Shown here: positions 43,458 through 53,761 of the stretch, in pieces | Layout: each line of letters begins with the position of its first letter | Position numbering within the stretch: the first letter of the stretch is position 1 | Source: Spirochaetota bacterium | Lineage (GTDB): Bacteria; Spirochaetota; Spirochaetia; B11-G9 | Direction: 5' to 3' | Length of the DNA: 58,739 nt | Assembly: GCA_024280415.1 (NCBI GenBank) | Contig: JAJRQE010000026.1 | Coordinates: forward strand, 1-58,739 | The notes under the pieces: generated by a model | Told to the model about the DNA's origin: nothing | Database searches by the model: none | Seen by the model: the letters and a program-made list of their open reading frames with translations, nothing else | Made by a program: the position numbers and the translations under genes

Positions 43458-46400
43458 CTAGAACTGTGAACCCTGTCTGTTTATTAACTCATCATCCCTT
43501 TCTGTCAACGGAACCCTGTTCCCCTTTAAGTCGTAAATTGACATATCCAGGGCAAGTCCTCTTAATTCCTGTACAAGTACATTAAAGGATTCCGGAACAC
43601 CTGCACTTGAGGAAGGCTCACCCTTAACAATACTCTCATATATCTTGGCTCTTCCTGCCATATCATCAGATTTAATCGTAAGAAGTTCCTGAAGTGTATT
43701 TGCTGCACCATAAGCCTCAAGAGCCCAGACCTCCATCTCACCAAGCCTCTGTCCACCAAACTGAGCCTTTCCGCCAAGAGGCTGCTGTGTAACCAGCGAG
43801 TAGGGTCCTGTTGATCTTGCATGCATTTTATCATCAACCAGATGGTGCAGTTTAAGCATGTAAACATAACCGACAAAAACATCATTTTCAAAAGCCTCAC
43901 CGGTCCTTCCATCGCAGAGTTTAAGCTTGGAAGATTTCGGCAGACCAGCTTTCTCAAGCTCATCTTCAATCTTTGCTGTAGTAGCTGACTGAAAAACAGG
44001 TGTGGAATACCACTTATCAAGAACCTTTGCAGCAAGTCCCAGCTCAGTCTCAAGCAATTGTCCAATATTCATTCGGGAAGGGACTCCAAGAGGATTAAGA
44101 CATATATCCAGAGGTGTACCGTCTTCCATAAAAGGCATATCCTCTTCAGGAAGAACCCGGGCGACAACACCCTTATTTCCATGACGACCGGCCATTTTAT
44201 CGCCTTCTCTGAGCTTTCTTTTTGTTGCAATAATTACTTTTACAACTTCGTCCACTCCAGGAGCAAGATCATCCCCTTCGGAACGTTTTAACCTTTGAAT
44301 ATCAATTACAGTACCTTCGGTACCATGAGGTATCTTAAGAGATGTGTCCCTTACCTCTTTGGCTTTTTCTCCAAATATCGAGTTCAAAAGCTTGAATTCC
44401 GGAGTTGTCTCAGTTTCCGACTTAGGAGTAACTTTTCCAACCAGAATATACCCGGAGCCCACCTTGGCTCCTACCCGGATAATTCCTTCTTCATCAAGCT
44501 GATCCAGGGAATTTTCATTGATATTAGGTATATCCCTGGTAAGCTTTTCAGGACCCAGCTTAGTCTCTCTCACATCAATACTGAATTCTTTAATATGTAC
44601 GGAAGTATAAATATCCTCTTTTACAACCTTTTCGGAAATAAGAATAGCATCTTCATAATTATACCCATTCCAGGGGACAAACCCCACAAGAACATTCCGT
44701 CCCAGAGCGAGTTCACCATATTTCGTTGCAGGCCCATCGGCAAGGACAGCACCAGCTTCAATTTTCTGTCCAACTGAAACAACTGGCTTATGATTAAAAC
44801 AAGTATCCTGATTAGTTCTCTGATACTTCTGCATTAAATAAATATCTTTATCATTTTCGTTCAAGGCATCATCAGGTCGAACATGAACCTCAACCGATGT
44901 GACATATTCCACCACTCCAGCCCGTTTAGCCTTGACTAATACACCGGAATCATAGGCCGCCTTTGCTTCCATTCCTGTCCCCACTCTTGGTGGTTCGGGA
45001 AATACAAGAGGAACAGCCTGACGCTGCATATTCGATCCCATCAACGCCCTGTTAGCATCATCATGCTCCAGAAATGGAATTAGAGAAGTAGCCACAGAAA
45101 TTACCTGTTTCGGAGAAACATCCATATACTGAATTTCATTCGGGGTTTTCGTTGTATAATCACCTGCTTTCCTGATGGAAACCATATCATCTACAAATTC
45201 CCCATTCTTTTTAATCTTTGCATTTGCCTGGGCAATATTATATTTTTCCTCATCCATTGCCGAAAGGTACTCGACATCTTTCTGAGCTCTTCCATTTACA
45301 ACTTTTCTGTAAGGTGTTTCCAGAAAACCATACTCATTAACCCTTGTATAGTTTGCCAGGGAGACGATAAGACCAATATTTGGACCTTCGGGGGTCTCAA
45401 TAGGACACATTCTTCCATAATGGGTATAATGAACATCACGAACCTCAAACCCGGCACGATCCCGGGATAAACCACCCGGACCCAGTGCATTAAGGCGCCT
45501 CTTATGTGTGAGTTCTGCCAGGGGATTTACCTGATCCATAAACTGAGAGAGCTGACTGGAACCAAAAAATTCCTTTACAGCCGCTACAACAGGTTTAATT
45601 GAGATTAAGTCCTGGGGTTTGATAGTATCGAGTTCTTTAAGACTCATTCGCTCCTTGGCAATCCTCTCCATTCTGGTAAATGCAGTCTTCATCTGATTTG
45701 CCAGAAGCTCGCCTACGGATCTGATCCTTCTGTTACCAAGATGGTCAATATCATCAACATTTGATTCTCCAATATAAACCTGTATAAGGTAACGCATAGT
45801 ATTAACTACATCCATCTTATCCAGAACATGGGAATCATTTTCCAAATCATAATCAAATTTCTTGTTAAGCTTATAACGTCCGACTCTGCCGAGATCATAA
45901 CGCCTCGAAGCAAAAAACATGGAGTTCAGATCCTTCTCTGCACTTTCAATAGTAATAGGCTCTCCGGGCATTAAAACAGAATACACTGAAGAGAGAGCAT
46001 CTTCCCTGGAAGGTTCATCAATATCAGGGTCATCCGGGGTAAATTTAATCTCTTCCCTTTCAAAACAGTTCATTATCATCTGGGAATTAAGGGAATCTTC
46101 ATGATCAAAATCAATTATTTTAATTTTTTATATGCCAGAATGAATAAGCTCATCGACAACGTGGGGATGCAGCTTTTCACCAGCCTTATAAATCTTTTTC
46201 TCTTCTCCGTCACTTACTGCATGAACAGCTCTTGCAAGAACTTTACCAACAAGCTTTTCTTTATTAGCCCTTTTATCAACTATTTTTACAGATTTTATCT
46301 TAAAAAACAGATCGATCAGCTTCTCTCTGGTATCATAACCGAGAGCTCTTAGAAAAAGAGTTCCAAGAATTCGTTTCTTCCGGTCAATTTTTGCATAAAT

Positions 46401-46958
46401 AAGTTCTTTCTTCTGATCAATTTCAAATTCAAGCCAGGAACCCCTGTATGGGATAATCCTTGAGGAATAAACTCCTTTGTCATGGGAAAAGATTACACCT
46501 GGAGATCTGTGGATCTGACTTACTACAACCCGTTCTGCACCATTAATAATAAAAGTACCCCGGTCTGTCATTAAGGGAACATCACCTACATAGATATTCT
46601 TCTGCCTGATCTCTCCGGTCTCCTGAAAAACAAGATTAACCTTCGCCTTTATAGGAACAGCATAAGAGAGTCCCTTTTTCTTGCATTCCGTTTCGGTTAA
46701 TTTTATATTATCAATATCCAGCTTATAACCGATATACTCGAGCAGCATATCACCACTCTGGCTTTCAATTGGAAAAATACTCTGAAACACCTCTTCCAGA
46801 CCCTGAAGTTCCGGAGGCTCCCCGGCCTTAAGTTTTTCCATCTGAAGAAATTTTTCATAAGATTTTAACTGTATGTCTACAAGATTAGGAAGATCCAGTG
46901 TCTCCTCAAAATCCTCACCGAGATATGTTCGCTCAATGGTTTTGCCCTCTATAAGCAT
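43458..46958 (-). CDS. rpoB: RNA polymerase subunit beta, interrupted by one in-frame TAA at 46128-46130
   Basis: The two ORFs (46128-46964 and 43458-46079) share a frame; [40 protein letters not shown]. Confidence 0.95.
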
Positions 46959-47097
46959 TACCACCCTCCCTGAAAAAGAATACCCATTACTACAGAAACT
47001 GCAGCACAGGAAAAAATCTATTTCTAATAAAATACCTGAACACGAAACAAAACATGATCAGATTAAAATAAAATTCCAATTTAATCTACTATAGAAG

Positions 47098-47127
47098 CAC
47101 CTGACCCCTAAAACTAGTGGTCAGGTG
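47098..47127 (-). terminator. Hairpin between rplL and rpoB (possible attenuator/terminator)
   Basis: cacctgacc...ggtcaggtg stem; weak U-tract. Confidence 0.5.
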
Positions 47128-47165
47128 ACTTAATGAGTTAATTAATAATTTTTAAAAAGCAATTG

Positions 47166-47543
47166 CTATTTAACTTCGACAACTGCACCAGCTTCTTCAA
47201 GTTTAGCTTTAACTTCAGCTGCTTCATCTTTTGTGACACCCTCTTTAAGAGCCTTATCTCCACTTTCAACAAGCTCTTTAGCTTCTTTAAGGCCAAGACC
47301 GGTAAGTGCACGAACAACCTTAATAACAGGAATTTTCTTGCCATCACCAAAACTCTTTAAGATTACATCAAACTCAGTCTGCTCCTCTTCTGCTTCAGCA
47401 GGACCTGCTGCCGATGCTGCTGCGACTGCTACCGGAGCAGCTGCTGTAACACCAAATTTCTCTTCCATTGCTGATATCAGTTCAGAAACCTCAAGAACTG
47501 TCATGCCTGCAATTGCATCTAAAATCTCTTCTTTTGTAGCCAT
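47166..47543 (-). CDS. rplL: 50S ribosomal protein L7/L12
   Basis: [11 protein letters not shown]; [11 protein letters not shown]. Confidence 0.98.
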   Translation of the reverse strand: MATKEEILDAIAGMTVLEVSELISAMEEKFGVTAAAPVAVAAASAAGPAEAEEEQTEFDVILKSFGDGKKIPVIKVVRALTGLGLKEAKELVESGDKALKEGVTKDEAAEVKAKLEEAGAVVEVK

Positions 47544-47650
47544 ATTACCTTCTCCTCTTTGTTTTATTGCAGCGATAGCATGCTACCCGCGAAGACTAAC
47601 GCTGTCATATTTAATAAGCTGACATAATGCCAGCACCATTACCCTATTAT

Positions 47651-48187
47651 CTATTTTTCGCCCATCTTATCTGCAACTGCCTGAAGTGTACGCACCAGCT
47701 TCTGAGGCACTGCATTAAGCACATAAACAACATTCTGCAAAGGCGCGTTCATAGTAGCCATAAGCTTCGCAATAAGTTCCAGTCTTGTGGGGAGCTTACT
47801 AAACTCAACTATCTGATCTGCATCAAAAACATTGCCGTCAATTATACCACCCTTGATAGTGAGAACACCATCCTTGGCAAAAGAAACCAACTCCTTGGCA
47901 ACAGGGCCGGCTTCCCGGGAAACCAGAGCCACAGCCGTAGGACCCACAAGCTGATCACCAACATCAGGCCTGTCAAGCTGTTGTAAAGCTATTTTTGCAA
48001 ACCTGTTCTTAACTACTTTATAAGTTGACTCTTCCGCCCGGAGCTTGTTCCTCAGGGCTGTTATCTGCTCTACCGTAAGGCCTCGGTAATCGGTAAAAAT
48101 CATATCCTTAATATTTTCAAAGTCACTCTTCACTGCATCTACAGCAGCTACTTTATAGTCCTGTATCTTAACCTGATAATCTGACAT
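47651..48187 (-). CDS. rplJ: 50S ribosomal protein L10
   Basis: DYRGLTV; VVKN; KLPTR. Confidence 0.97.
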   Translation of the reverse strand: MSDYQVKIQDYKVAAVDAVKSDFENIKDMIFTDYRGLTVEQITALRNKLRAEESTYKVVKNRFAKIALQQLDRPDVGDQLVGPTAVALVSREAGPVAKELVSFAKDGVLTIKGGIIDGNVFDADQIVEFSKLPTRLELIAKLMATMNAPLQNVVYVLNAVPQKLVRTLQAVADKMGEK

Positions 48188-48196
48188 AATATCCCC

Positions 48197-48889
48197 CTAA
48201 GCCCCGGTCTTATCAACAGAATGCACATCGACCCTGACACCAGGACCCATTGTTGAAGAAAGAGCAATAGTCTTTATAAAATCACCCTTTGTATCAGATG
48301 GTTTCTTTTTTATGATATCTAAAATAACCAGCTGTGCATTATCCTGAATAAGGGCTACATCCATAGACACTTTTCCAATAGCAAAATGAACAACACCTGT
48401 TTTATCAGACCTGTACTCAACCCGTCCCTTTTTTAGCTCTGCAAGAGCACCCTTAACATCGAAAGTTACAGTTTGGGTCTTTGGATTGGGCATAAGACCT
48501 CTTCTACCAAGAATAGGTCCAAGTTTACCAACATCCTTCATCATATCAGGAGTTGCAACAGCAACATCAAAATCAAGCCATCCGCCTTTAATCTTTTCAA
48601 CCAGATCAACATCTCCTACATATGTAGCACCTGCTTCCTCTGCCTCTGCCGCCTTTTCACCCTTGGCAAATACCAAAACTTTTTTTTCTGCTGAGAACTG
48701 ATTAGGAAGAACAACTGTATCTCTTACAGACTGACTCTTTTTAAGGTTAAGATTTACAGAAAGTTCAACTGTCTCATCAAAAGATGCAAAAGCAACCTCC
48801 TTAACAATCTCAAGCGCCTTATCAATAGCATACTGACCCTGCTTCTCATACTTTCCGAGAGCTTCTTTATACTTCTTTCCACTTTTCAT
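48197..48889 (-). CDS. rplA: 50S ribosomal protein L1
   Basis: FDETVE; [11 protein letters not shown]; STMGPG. Confidence 0.98.
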   Translation of the reverse strand: MKSGKKYKEALGKYEKQGQYAIDKALEIVKEVAFASFDETVELSVNLNLKKSQSVRDTVVLPNQFSAEKKVLVFAKGEKAAEAEEAGATYVGDVDLVEKIKGGWLDFDVAVATPDMMKDVGKLGPILGRRGLMPNPKTQTVTFDVKGALAELKKGRVEYRSDKTGVVHFAIGKVSMDVALIQDNAQLVILDIIKKKPSDTKGDFIKTIALSSTMGPGVRVDVHSVDKTGA

Positions 48890-48890
48890 A

Positions 48891-49322
48891 CTAAGCACCT
48901 ACCTCAACACCCATACTCCGGGCTGTCCCTGCAATTATCTTCATTGCTGCATCAATATCATTGGCATTAAGATCCTGCATTTTTATCTCGGCAACCTCTT
49001 TAAGCTTTGCCTTTGAGATAGTTGCGACCTTAACCTTGTGAGGTTCTGCAGAACCACTCTCTATGGAGCATGCTTTTTTGATAAGTACAGCTGCCGGTGG
49101 AGTTTTGGTAATAAAAGTAAATGATTTATCTGTGTAAACCGTAATAACGACAGGTACAGTCATACCTGCTTCTACATTCTTTGTCCGATCATTAAACTGC
49201 TGGACAAACTGAGGAGCACTTACTCCATGAGGACCCAGAGCAGGACCAACCGGGGGTGCCGGTGTAGCCTTCTGAGCAGGAACCTGCAGCTTTATCAGTG
49301 CAGCAACCTTTTTCTTTGCCAT
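48891..49322 (-). CDS. rplK: 50S ribosomal protein L11
   Basis: [12 protein letters not shown]; GTARSMG. Confidence 0.98.
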   Translation of the reverse strand: MAKKKVAALIKLQVPAQKATPAPPVGPALGPHGVSAPQFVQQFNDRTKNVEAGMTVPVVITVYTDKSFTFITKTPPAAVLIKKACSIESGSAEPHKVKVATISKAKLKEVAEIKMQDLNANDIDAAMKIIAGTARSMGVEVGA

Positions 49323-49343
49323 ATTTTTCTCCGATACGCAGCA

Positions 49344-49371
49344 GTACAAACAAGGCATGCCTTGTTCCTGC
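49344..49371. repeat. Degenerate 28-bp REP-like palindrome
   Basis: GTAC-AAACAAGGCA|TGCCTTGTTC-CTGC shares the CAAGGCATGCCTTG core with the 16663 copy. Confidence 0.6.
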
Positions 49372-49379
49372 TACAATCT

Positions 49380-49412
49380 GTGGTAATCACGTCTGCAATA
49401 ACAGACTCCCAA
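49380..49412 (-). promoter_or_regulatory. Putative L1 autoregulatory operator in the rplK leader
   Basis: UGGGAG-UCUG...GCAGAC-GUGAUUACCAC resembles the GGGAG...ACCAC L1-binding leader. Confidence 0.55.
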
Positions 49413-49431
49413 TCCTTCCAACGGAAGGTAT

Positions 49432-49454
49432 AAAAAAACTACTGCCAGGCAGTA
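49432..49454 (-). terminator. Terminator-like hairpin after nusG
   Basis: TACTGC-CTG-GCAGTA followed by G and T7 on the minus strand. Confidence 0.5.
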
Positions 49455-49463
49455 ATTATTTAG

Positions 49464-50018
49464 CTACATTTTTTCCACCTGCAGAAAATCAACCTCAACA
49501 GGAGTTGCACGGCCAAAAATTCCTACAACAACCCTAAGTTTCTCTTTTTCTGCATTTACTTCTTCAATTTCTCCGGTAAAGGAGTCAAAGGGACCATCAA
49601 TAATTCTGACGCTATCACCTTCAGAAAAAACCTGTGCAATCTTAACACTCTTATCCGATTTAATCTCACCGGTTTTTTGCAGGATACTTCTCGCCTCTTC
49701 TGCCGATATAGGCTGAGGTTTAGATCCACCCATAGAACCAACAAAGCCGGTGACACCCTGAAGACGCCTGATTCCCGAACAAATTTCTTTCCAACCTCTG
49801 TCTGGAAGATCCATTTCAATTAGAATATACCCAGGAAGAAACTTTTTAGTAGTTATTTTCTTTTTTCCATCTTTGACCTCGACAACCTCCTCAGAGGGAA
49901 CCTTGAGATCAAAAACAGTCTCCGCAAACGGAGCTTCCTCCATCAGCATTCTGATAAATTTTTCTATTTTATTTTCATAACCTGAATATACATGAAGAAC
50001 ATACCAACCCTTAGCCAT
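49464..50018 (-). CDS. nusG: Transcription factor NusG
   Basis: WYVLHVYSGYE; LPGY; KOW domain GPFDSFTG; IFGRATPVE. Confidence 0.98.
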   Translation of the reverse strand: MAKGWYVLHVYSGYENKIEKFIRMLMEEAPFAETVFDLKVPSEEVVEVKDGKKKITTKKFLPGYILIEMDLPDRGWKEICSGIRRLQGVTGFVGSMGGSKPQPISAEEARSILQKTGEIKSDKSVKIAQVFSEGDSVRIIDGPFDSFTGEIEEVNAEKEKLRVVVGIFGRATPVEVDFLQVEKM

Positions 50019-50064
50019 TTTCCCCCCATTTAAGTCCGAACAGCCCCAAATCAGAGGCGGACAT

Positions 50065-50244
50065 TTAGAAAATAAAATCTATACCTTTTAGAAGGAGAAA
50101 ATCAACGAACCCGAGAATAACAGCAAAAATCAATGTTGATACAATAACAACTTTCGTTGACGAGACTACACTCTCCCTACTGGGCCAAACAACCCTCTTC
50201 AACTCAGCATAGCTATCTTTAAAAAACAGTATAATCTTTTTCAT
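50065..50244 (-). CDS. secE: Preprotein translocase subunit SecE
   Basis: Manual translation MKKIILFFKDSYAELKRVVWPSRESVVSSTKVVIV...; located upstream of nusG. Confidence 0.95.
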   Translation of the reverse strand: MKKIILFFKDSYAELKRVVWPSRESVVSSTKVVIVSTLIFAVILGFVDFLLLKGIDFIF

Positions 50245-50278
50245 AATTTAAATCCTTAGTCTTCAAAAAATAAAATCC

Positions 50279-50352
50279 CAGGCCAGGTAGGATTCGAACC
50301 TACAACATCCGGTTTTGGAGACCGGCGCTCTAGCCATTGGAGCTACTGGCCT
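50279..50352 (-). tRNA. tRNA-Trp (CCA)
   Basis: AGGCCAGTAGCTCCAATGG...CCGGTCTCCAAAACCGG...GGTTCGAATCC cloverleaf; CCA end not encoded. Confidence 0.95.
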
Positions 50353-50361
50353 GTGAAGGTT

Positions 50362-50538
50362 TTACTTAATTTTGCTTTCTTTATGCAGAGTGTGTTTCTT
50401 ATCCCATTTGCAATACTTCATAAGCTCCAGCTTTCCCTGCATATTTCTTCTGTTTTTCTCAGTCGTATAATTTCTACGGTTGCACTCAGTGCACTTTAGA
50501 GCAATTTTTTCTATTGCCCCTTTCTTTTTACTTGCCAT
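50362..50538 (-). CDS. rpmG: 50S ribosomal protein L33
   Basis: [58 protein letters not shown]. Confidence 0.96.
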   Translation of the reverse strand: MASKKKGAIEKIALKCTECNRRNYTTEKNRRNMQGKLELMKYCKWDKKHTLHKESKIK

Positions 50539-50818
50539 ACCAGTCTATTCCCCTATTAATTAGAAGCAGCGCATCAAATACAGTATATAAAATCAACCCG
50601 ACAGGATAATTTCGGTAAAAAACTTACTCCGAACCATCCAACCTCTGGAATAACTAAACATCTACACTACAAACATTTAGCCATTCACCCGGATAAAAAG
50701 AACCATAGGAGTTTTAATTCCATGCGAACCTCAGGCCACAGACTATTATAAAGACACTCTGCATGTCAACAGAACCGATCTAAAAACCATTTGATTTAAA
50801 GATCAACTACTAAATACA

Positions 50819-50891
50819 AGCCCTCGATCGGATTTGAACCGATTACCCCCTCCTTACCATGGAGGTGCTCTACCGACTGAGCTACAAGGGC
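50819..50891 (-). tRNA. tRNA-Thr (GGT)
   Basis: GCCCTTGTAGCTCAGTCGGTAGAGCACCTCCATGGTAAGGAGG...GGTTCAAATCC cloverleaf. Confidence 0.95.
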
Positions 50892-50908
50892 ATAATTAAA
50901 GTCCGCCA

Positions 50909-50937
50909 AAATTAGCAAAGTTAGGGCTTTTTGTCAA
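50909..50937 (-). promoter_or_regulatory. Sigma70 promoter of tRNA-Thr / superoperon
   Basis: TTGACA-17 bp-TAATTT with extended TGn and GC-rich discriminator. Confidence 0.65.
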
Positions 50938-51101
50938 CATACAAGAGGCTATTCCAGTAGAGTTATTCCAAATTAATAGTATAATAATATTCTTCCGGAG
51001 GGTTGAATGATGATTTCATTCTAAAACAACGTTTTTTACATTACTATTGAGCAAATTATATATATCATCATAATCTATACCTAATTATATGGGAGATTAA
51101 C

Positions 51102-53561
51102 TTGAAATCAGAAATAAACAACAGCCGAAGCGGCAATAGTACCGAATCAATAAAACAGGGATTCCTCGAACACCTTAAATACACTCTTGGTGTAGATGAA
51201 TACACAACAACTGATCATGATCTTTTTATGGCTCTATCTTATACAATCAGAGACAGGCTGATAGATCAATGGATTAAAACACAGCAGACCCACCACAGGA
51301 AAAATACAAAAAGAGCCTATTATCTTTCCCTGGAATTTTTAATGGGAAGAGCTATGGGAAATAATATTATAAATATGAAACTGGAAGACAAGGTTTCAGA
51401 AGCTTTGGAACAATTTGGTTACAGTCTGGAAGTGCTGGAAGACCAGGAAGCTGATGCAGGATTAGGGAACGGTGGCCTGGGAAGACTGGCTGCCTGTTTT
51501 TTGGATTCTATGGCAACTATGAATCTGCCCTCCTTTGGTTATGGAATAAGGTATGATTATGGTATTTTTAAACAAAAAATTGATAATGGATACCAGATAG
51601 AACAACCTGATGAGTGGCTCCGAAACGGAAATCCATGGGAAATCGAGCGCCCGGATGTTACCGTAAAGATATCTTTCGGGGGCAGAGTCGAGTCCTACAT
51701 CGAAAGAGGGAAAGCTATTTACAGATGGGTAGATACAAACGATATAATTGGTGTCGCATATGATATGCCAATAGCAGGATATGGCGGAAAAACTATAAAT
51801 ACTCTCAGATTATGGAGTGCCAGGGCCGCAGAAGAGTTTGATTTCCAGGGTTTTAACGAAGGTGATTATGTAGAAGCTGTTAGCGACAAGGTTCAGGCAG
51901 AGAATCTAACAAAGGTACTCTATCCCAACGACACACTCTATCTGGGAAAGGAACTGAGACTAAAGCAGCAGTATTTTTTTGTCGCCTGCTCTCTGCATGA
52001 TATACTACGACGTTTTAGGAAATCAGGAGAGCCATGGATCCGGTTTCCGGATTTTGCAGCTATCCAGCTTAACGACACCCATCCATCCATAGCTATTCCT
52101 GAACTAATGAGGCTTCTTGTTGATGAGGAGGGGCTTGCATGGGATACTGCATGGAACATTACAGTGTCTGTAATGGGATATACAAATCATACACTCATGC
52201 CCGAAGCTCTTGAAAAATGGCCTGAACCTATGCTTAAAAAACTACTGCCCAGACATCTACAGATAATATTTGAGATCAATCGAAGATTTCTTAATCTAGC
52301 TATAACTATATTCCCTAATGATATGAATAGCATAAGGGAAATAAGCATCATCGAAGAAAGTAATCCTAAGCAGATAAGGATGGCAAATCTTTGCATAACT
52401 GGATCCCACTCCACAAACGGGGTTGCAGCTCTCCACACTGAGCTGCTGAAAAGCAGGCTTGTTCCAGGCTTTGCAAAAATTTTTCCCGAAAGATTTAATA
52501 ACAAAACAAATGGAATAACCCAGAGGCGCTGGCTTCTTCATGCAAACCCTCCCCTGGCAGAACTTATTACCAGTACGATTGGAGACAATTGGATAACAGA
52601 TTTTTCCCAAATAAGAAAACTGGAATCCTGGGCGGATGATGCACATTTCAGAAAAAAGTTTCTAAAAACAAAGGAAAATGCAAAACAAAAACTTTCTTTG
52701 CTAATGGAAAGAAAATATGGGATAACAATAGACACATCGGCCTTTTTAAATGTTCAGATTAAGCGTATTCACGAATACAAGAGACAACTACTAAATATAC
52801 TTCAGATTATTATCCAGTATAATCGTTTAAAAAATGGAAATCCAAAAGAATTTATCCCGCGAGTTTCCATTTTTGCAGGCAAGTCTGCTCCAGGATATGA
52901 TATGGCAAAACTTATTATCAAGCTGATAAATAATGTTGCTAATGTTATCAATAATGATGAATCTATTGAAAACAAGCTTAAAGTACATTTCCTTGCCGAT
53001 TACAAGGTATCTCTTGCTGAAAATATTATTCCAGCAACAGATCTGTCAGAACAAATCTCTACAGCAGGGACAGAGGCGTCGGGAACTGGCAACATGAAGT
53101 TTATGTGCAACGGCGCAATTACAATAGGAACTATGGATGGTGCAAATATTGAGATTGTTGAAGAAGCAGGCATCGAAAATGAATTCATTTTCGGACTAAA
53201 TACAGAAGAGGTTAAATTACTCAGGAAATCATACAATCCCAGAGAGTACTACAACAAAAACAGAGAGATAAAAGGTGCAATGGATCTTATAATTAACAAC
53301 TATTTCAGCTTTTCGGAACCGGGTATTTTTGATCCGATAAAAAAGATGCTACTGGAAAATGGTGACAGATATTTGCACCTGGCTGACCTGGGCTCCTATG
53401 ATGATGCCCACAGGGAAGCAGAGGCTTTATTTTCAAACAAAGAAGAATGGAGCCGCAGGGCTATATTAAATATAGCTTCTTCCGGAAAATTCTCTTCTGA
53501 CAGGACTATTACAGAGTATGCGAGGGATATTTGGGGCTTAAAACCCTGCCCTGTTGAATAA
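51102..53561 (+). CDS. glgP: Glycogen/starch/alpha-glucan phosphorylase
   Basis: GLGNGGLGRLAACF; EASGTGNMKF PLP-lysine motif. Confidence 0.97.
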   Translation: MKSEINNSRSGNSTESIKQGFLEHLKYTLGVDEYTTTDHDLFMALSYTIRDRLIDQWIKTQQTHHRKNTKRAYYLSLEFLMGRAMGNNIINMKLEDKVSEALEQFGYSLEVLEDQEADAGLGNGGLGRLAACFLDSMATMNLPSFGYGIRYDYGIFKQKIDNGYQIEQPDEWLRNGNPWEIERPDVTVKISFGGRVESYIERGKAIYRWVDTNDIIGVAYDMPIAGYGGKTINTLRLWSARAAEEFDFQGFNEGDYVEAVSDKVQAENLTKVLYPNDTLYLGKELRLKQQYFFVACSLHDILRRFRKSGEPWIRFPDFAAIQLNDTHPSIAIPELMRLLVDEEGLAWDTAWNITVSVMGYTNHTLMPEALEKWPEPMLKKLLPRHLQIIFEINRRFLNLAITIFPNDMNSIREISIIEESNPKQIRMANLCITGSHSTNGVAALHTELLKSRLVPGFAKIFPERFNNKTNGITQRRWLLHANPPLAELITSTIGDNWITDFSQIRKLESWADDAHFRKKFLKTKENAKQKLSLLMERKYGITIDTSAFLNVQIKRIHEYKRQLLNILQIIIQYNRLKNGNPKEFIPRVSIFAGKSAPGYDMAKLIIKLINNVANVINNDESIENKLKVHFLADYKVSLAENIIPATDLSEQISTAGTEASGTGNMKFMCNGAITIGTMDGANIEIVEEAGIENEFIFGLNTEEVKLLRKSYNPREYYNKNREIKGAMDLIINNYFSFSEPGIFDPIKKMLLENGDRYLHLADLGSYDDAHREAEALFSNKEEWSRRAILNIASSGKFSSDRTITEYARDIWGLKPCPVE

Positions 53562-53761
53562 TTTACTCCCTCTGGACAGACTGCTGTTAGATAAAAGAAT
53601 TATGTCATTATTGGAACATTCTATAAAATACAGGGTGTAAGTATTTAGTTAATAATAAAATTGAGCATCAATTAAATGACGATGAGTTAAAGGTGATTGC
53701 CCCTGAATTGTTGGAAGGTGTTGATATTCTTTGTGATTGGGTGGGGAATTTATAGATCCTC

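Noticed and set aside
471-49819. Many short antisense or alternate-frame ORFs overlapping core genes (including poly-Ser, FQF and WKN ORFs at 20541-21787)
   Set aside because: Shadows of real genes and of the Glu-rich repeats; no SD or family motifs
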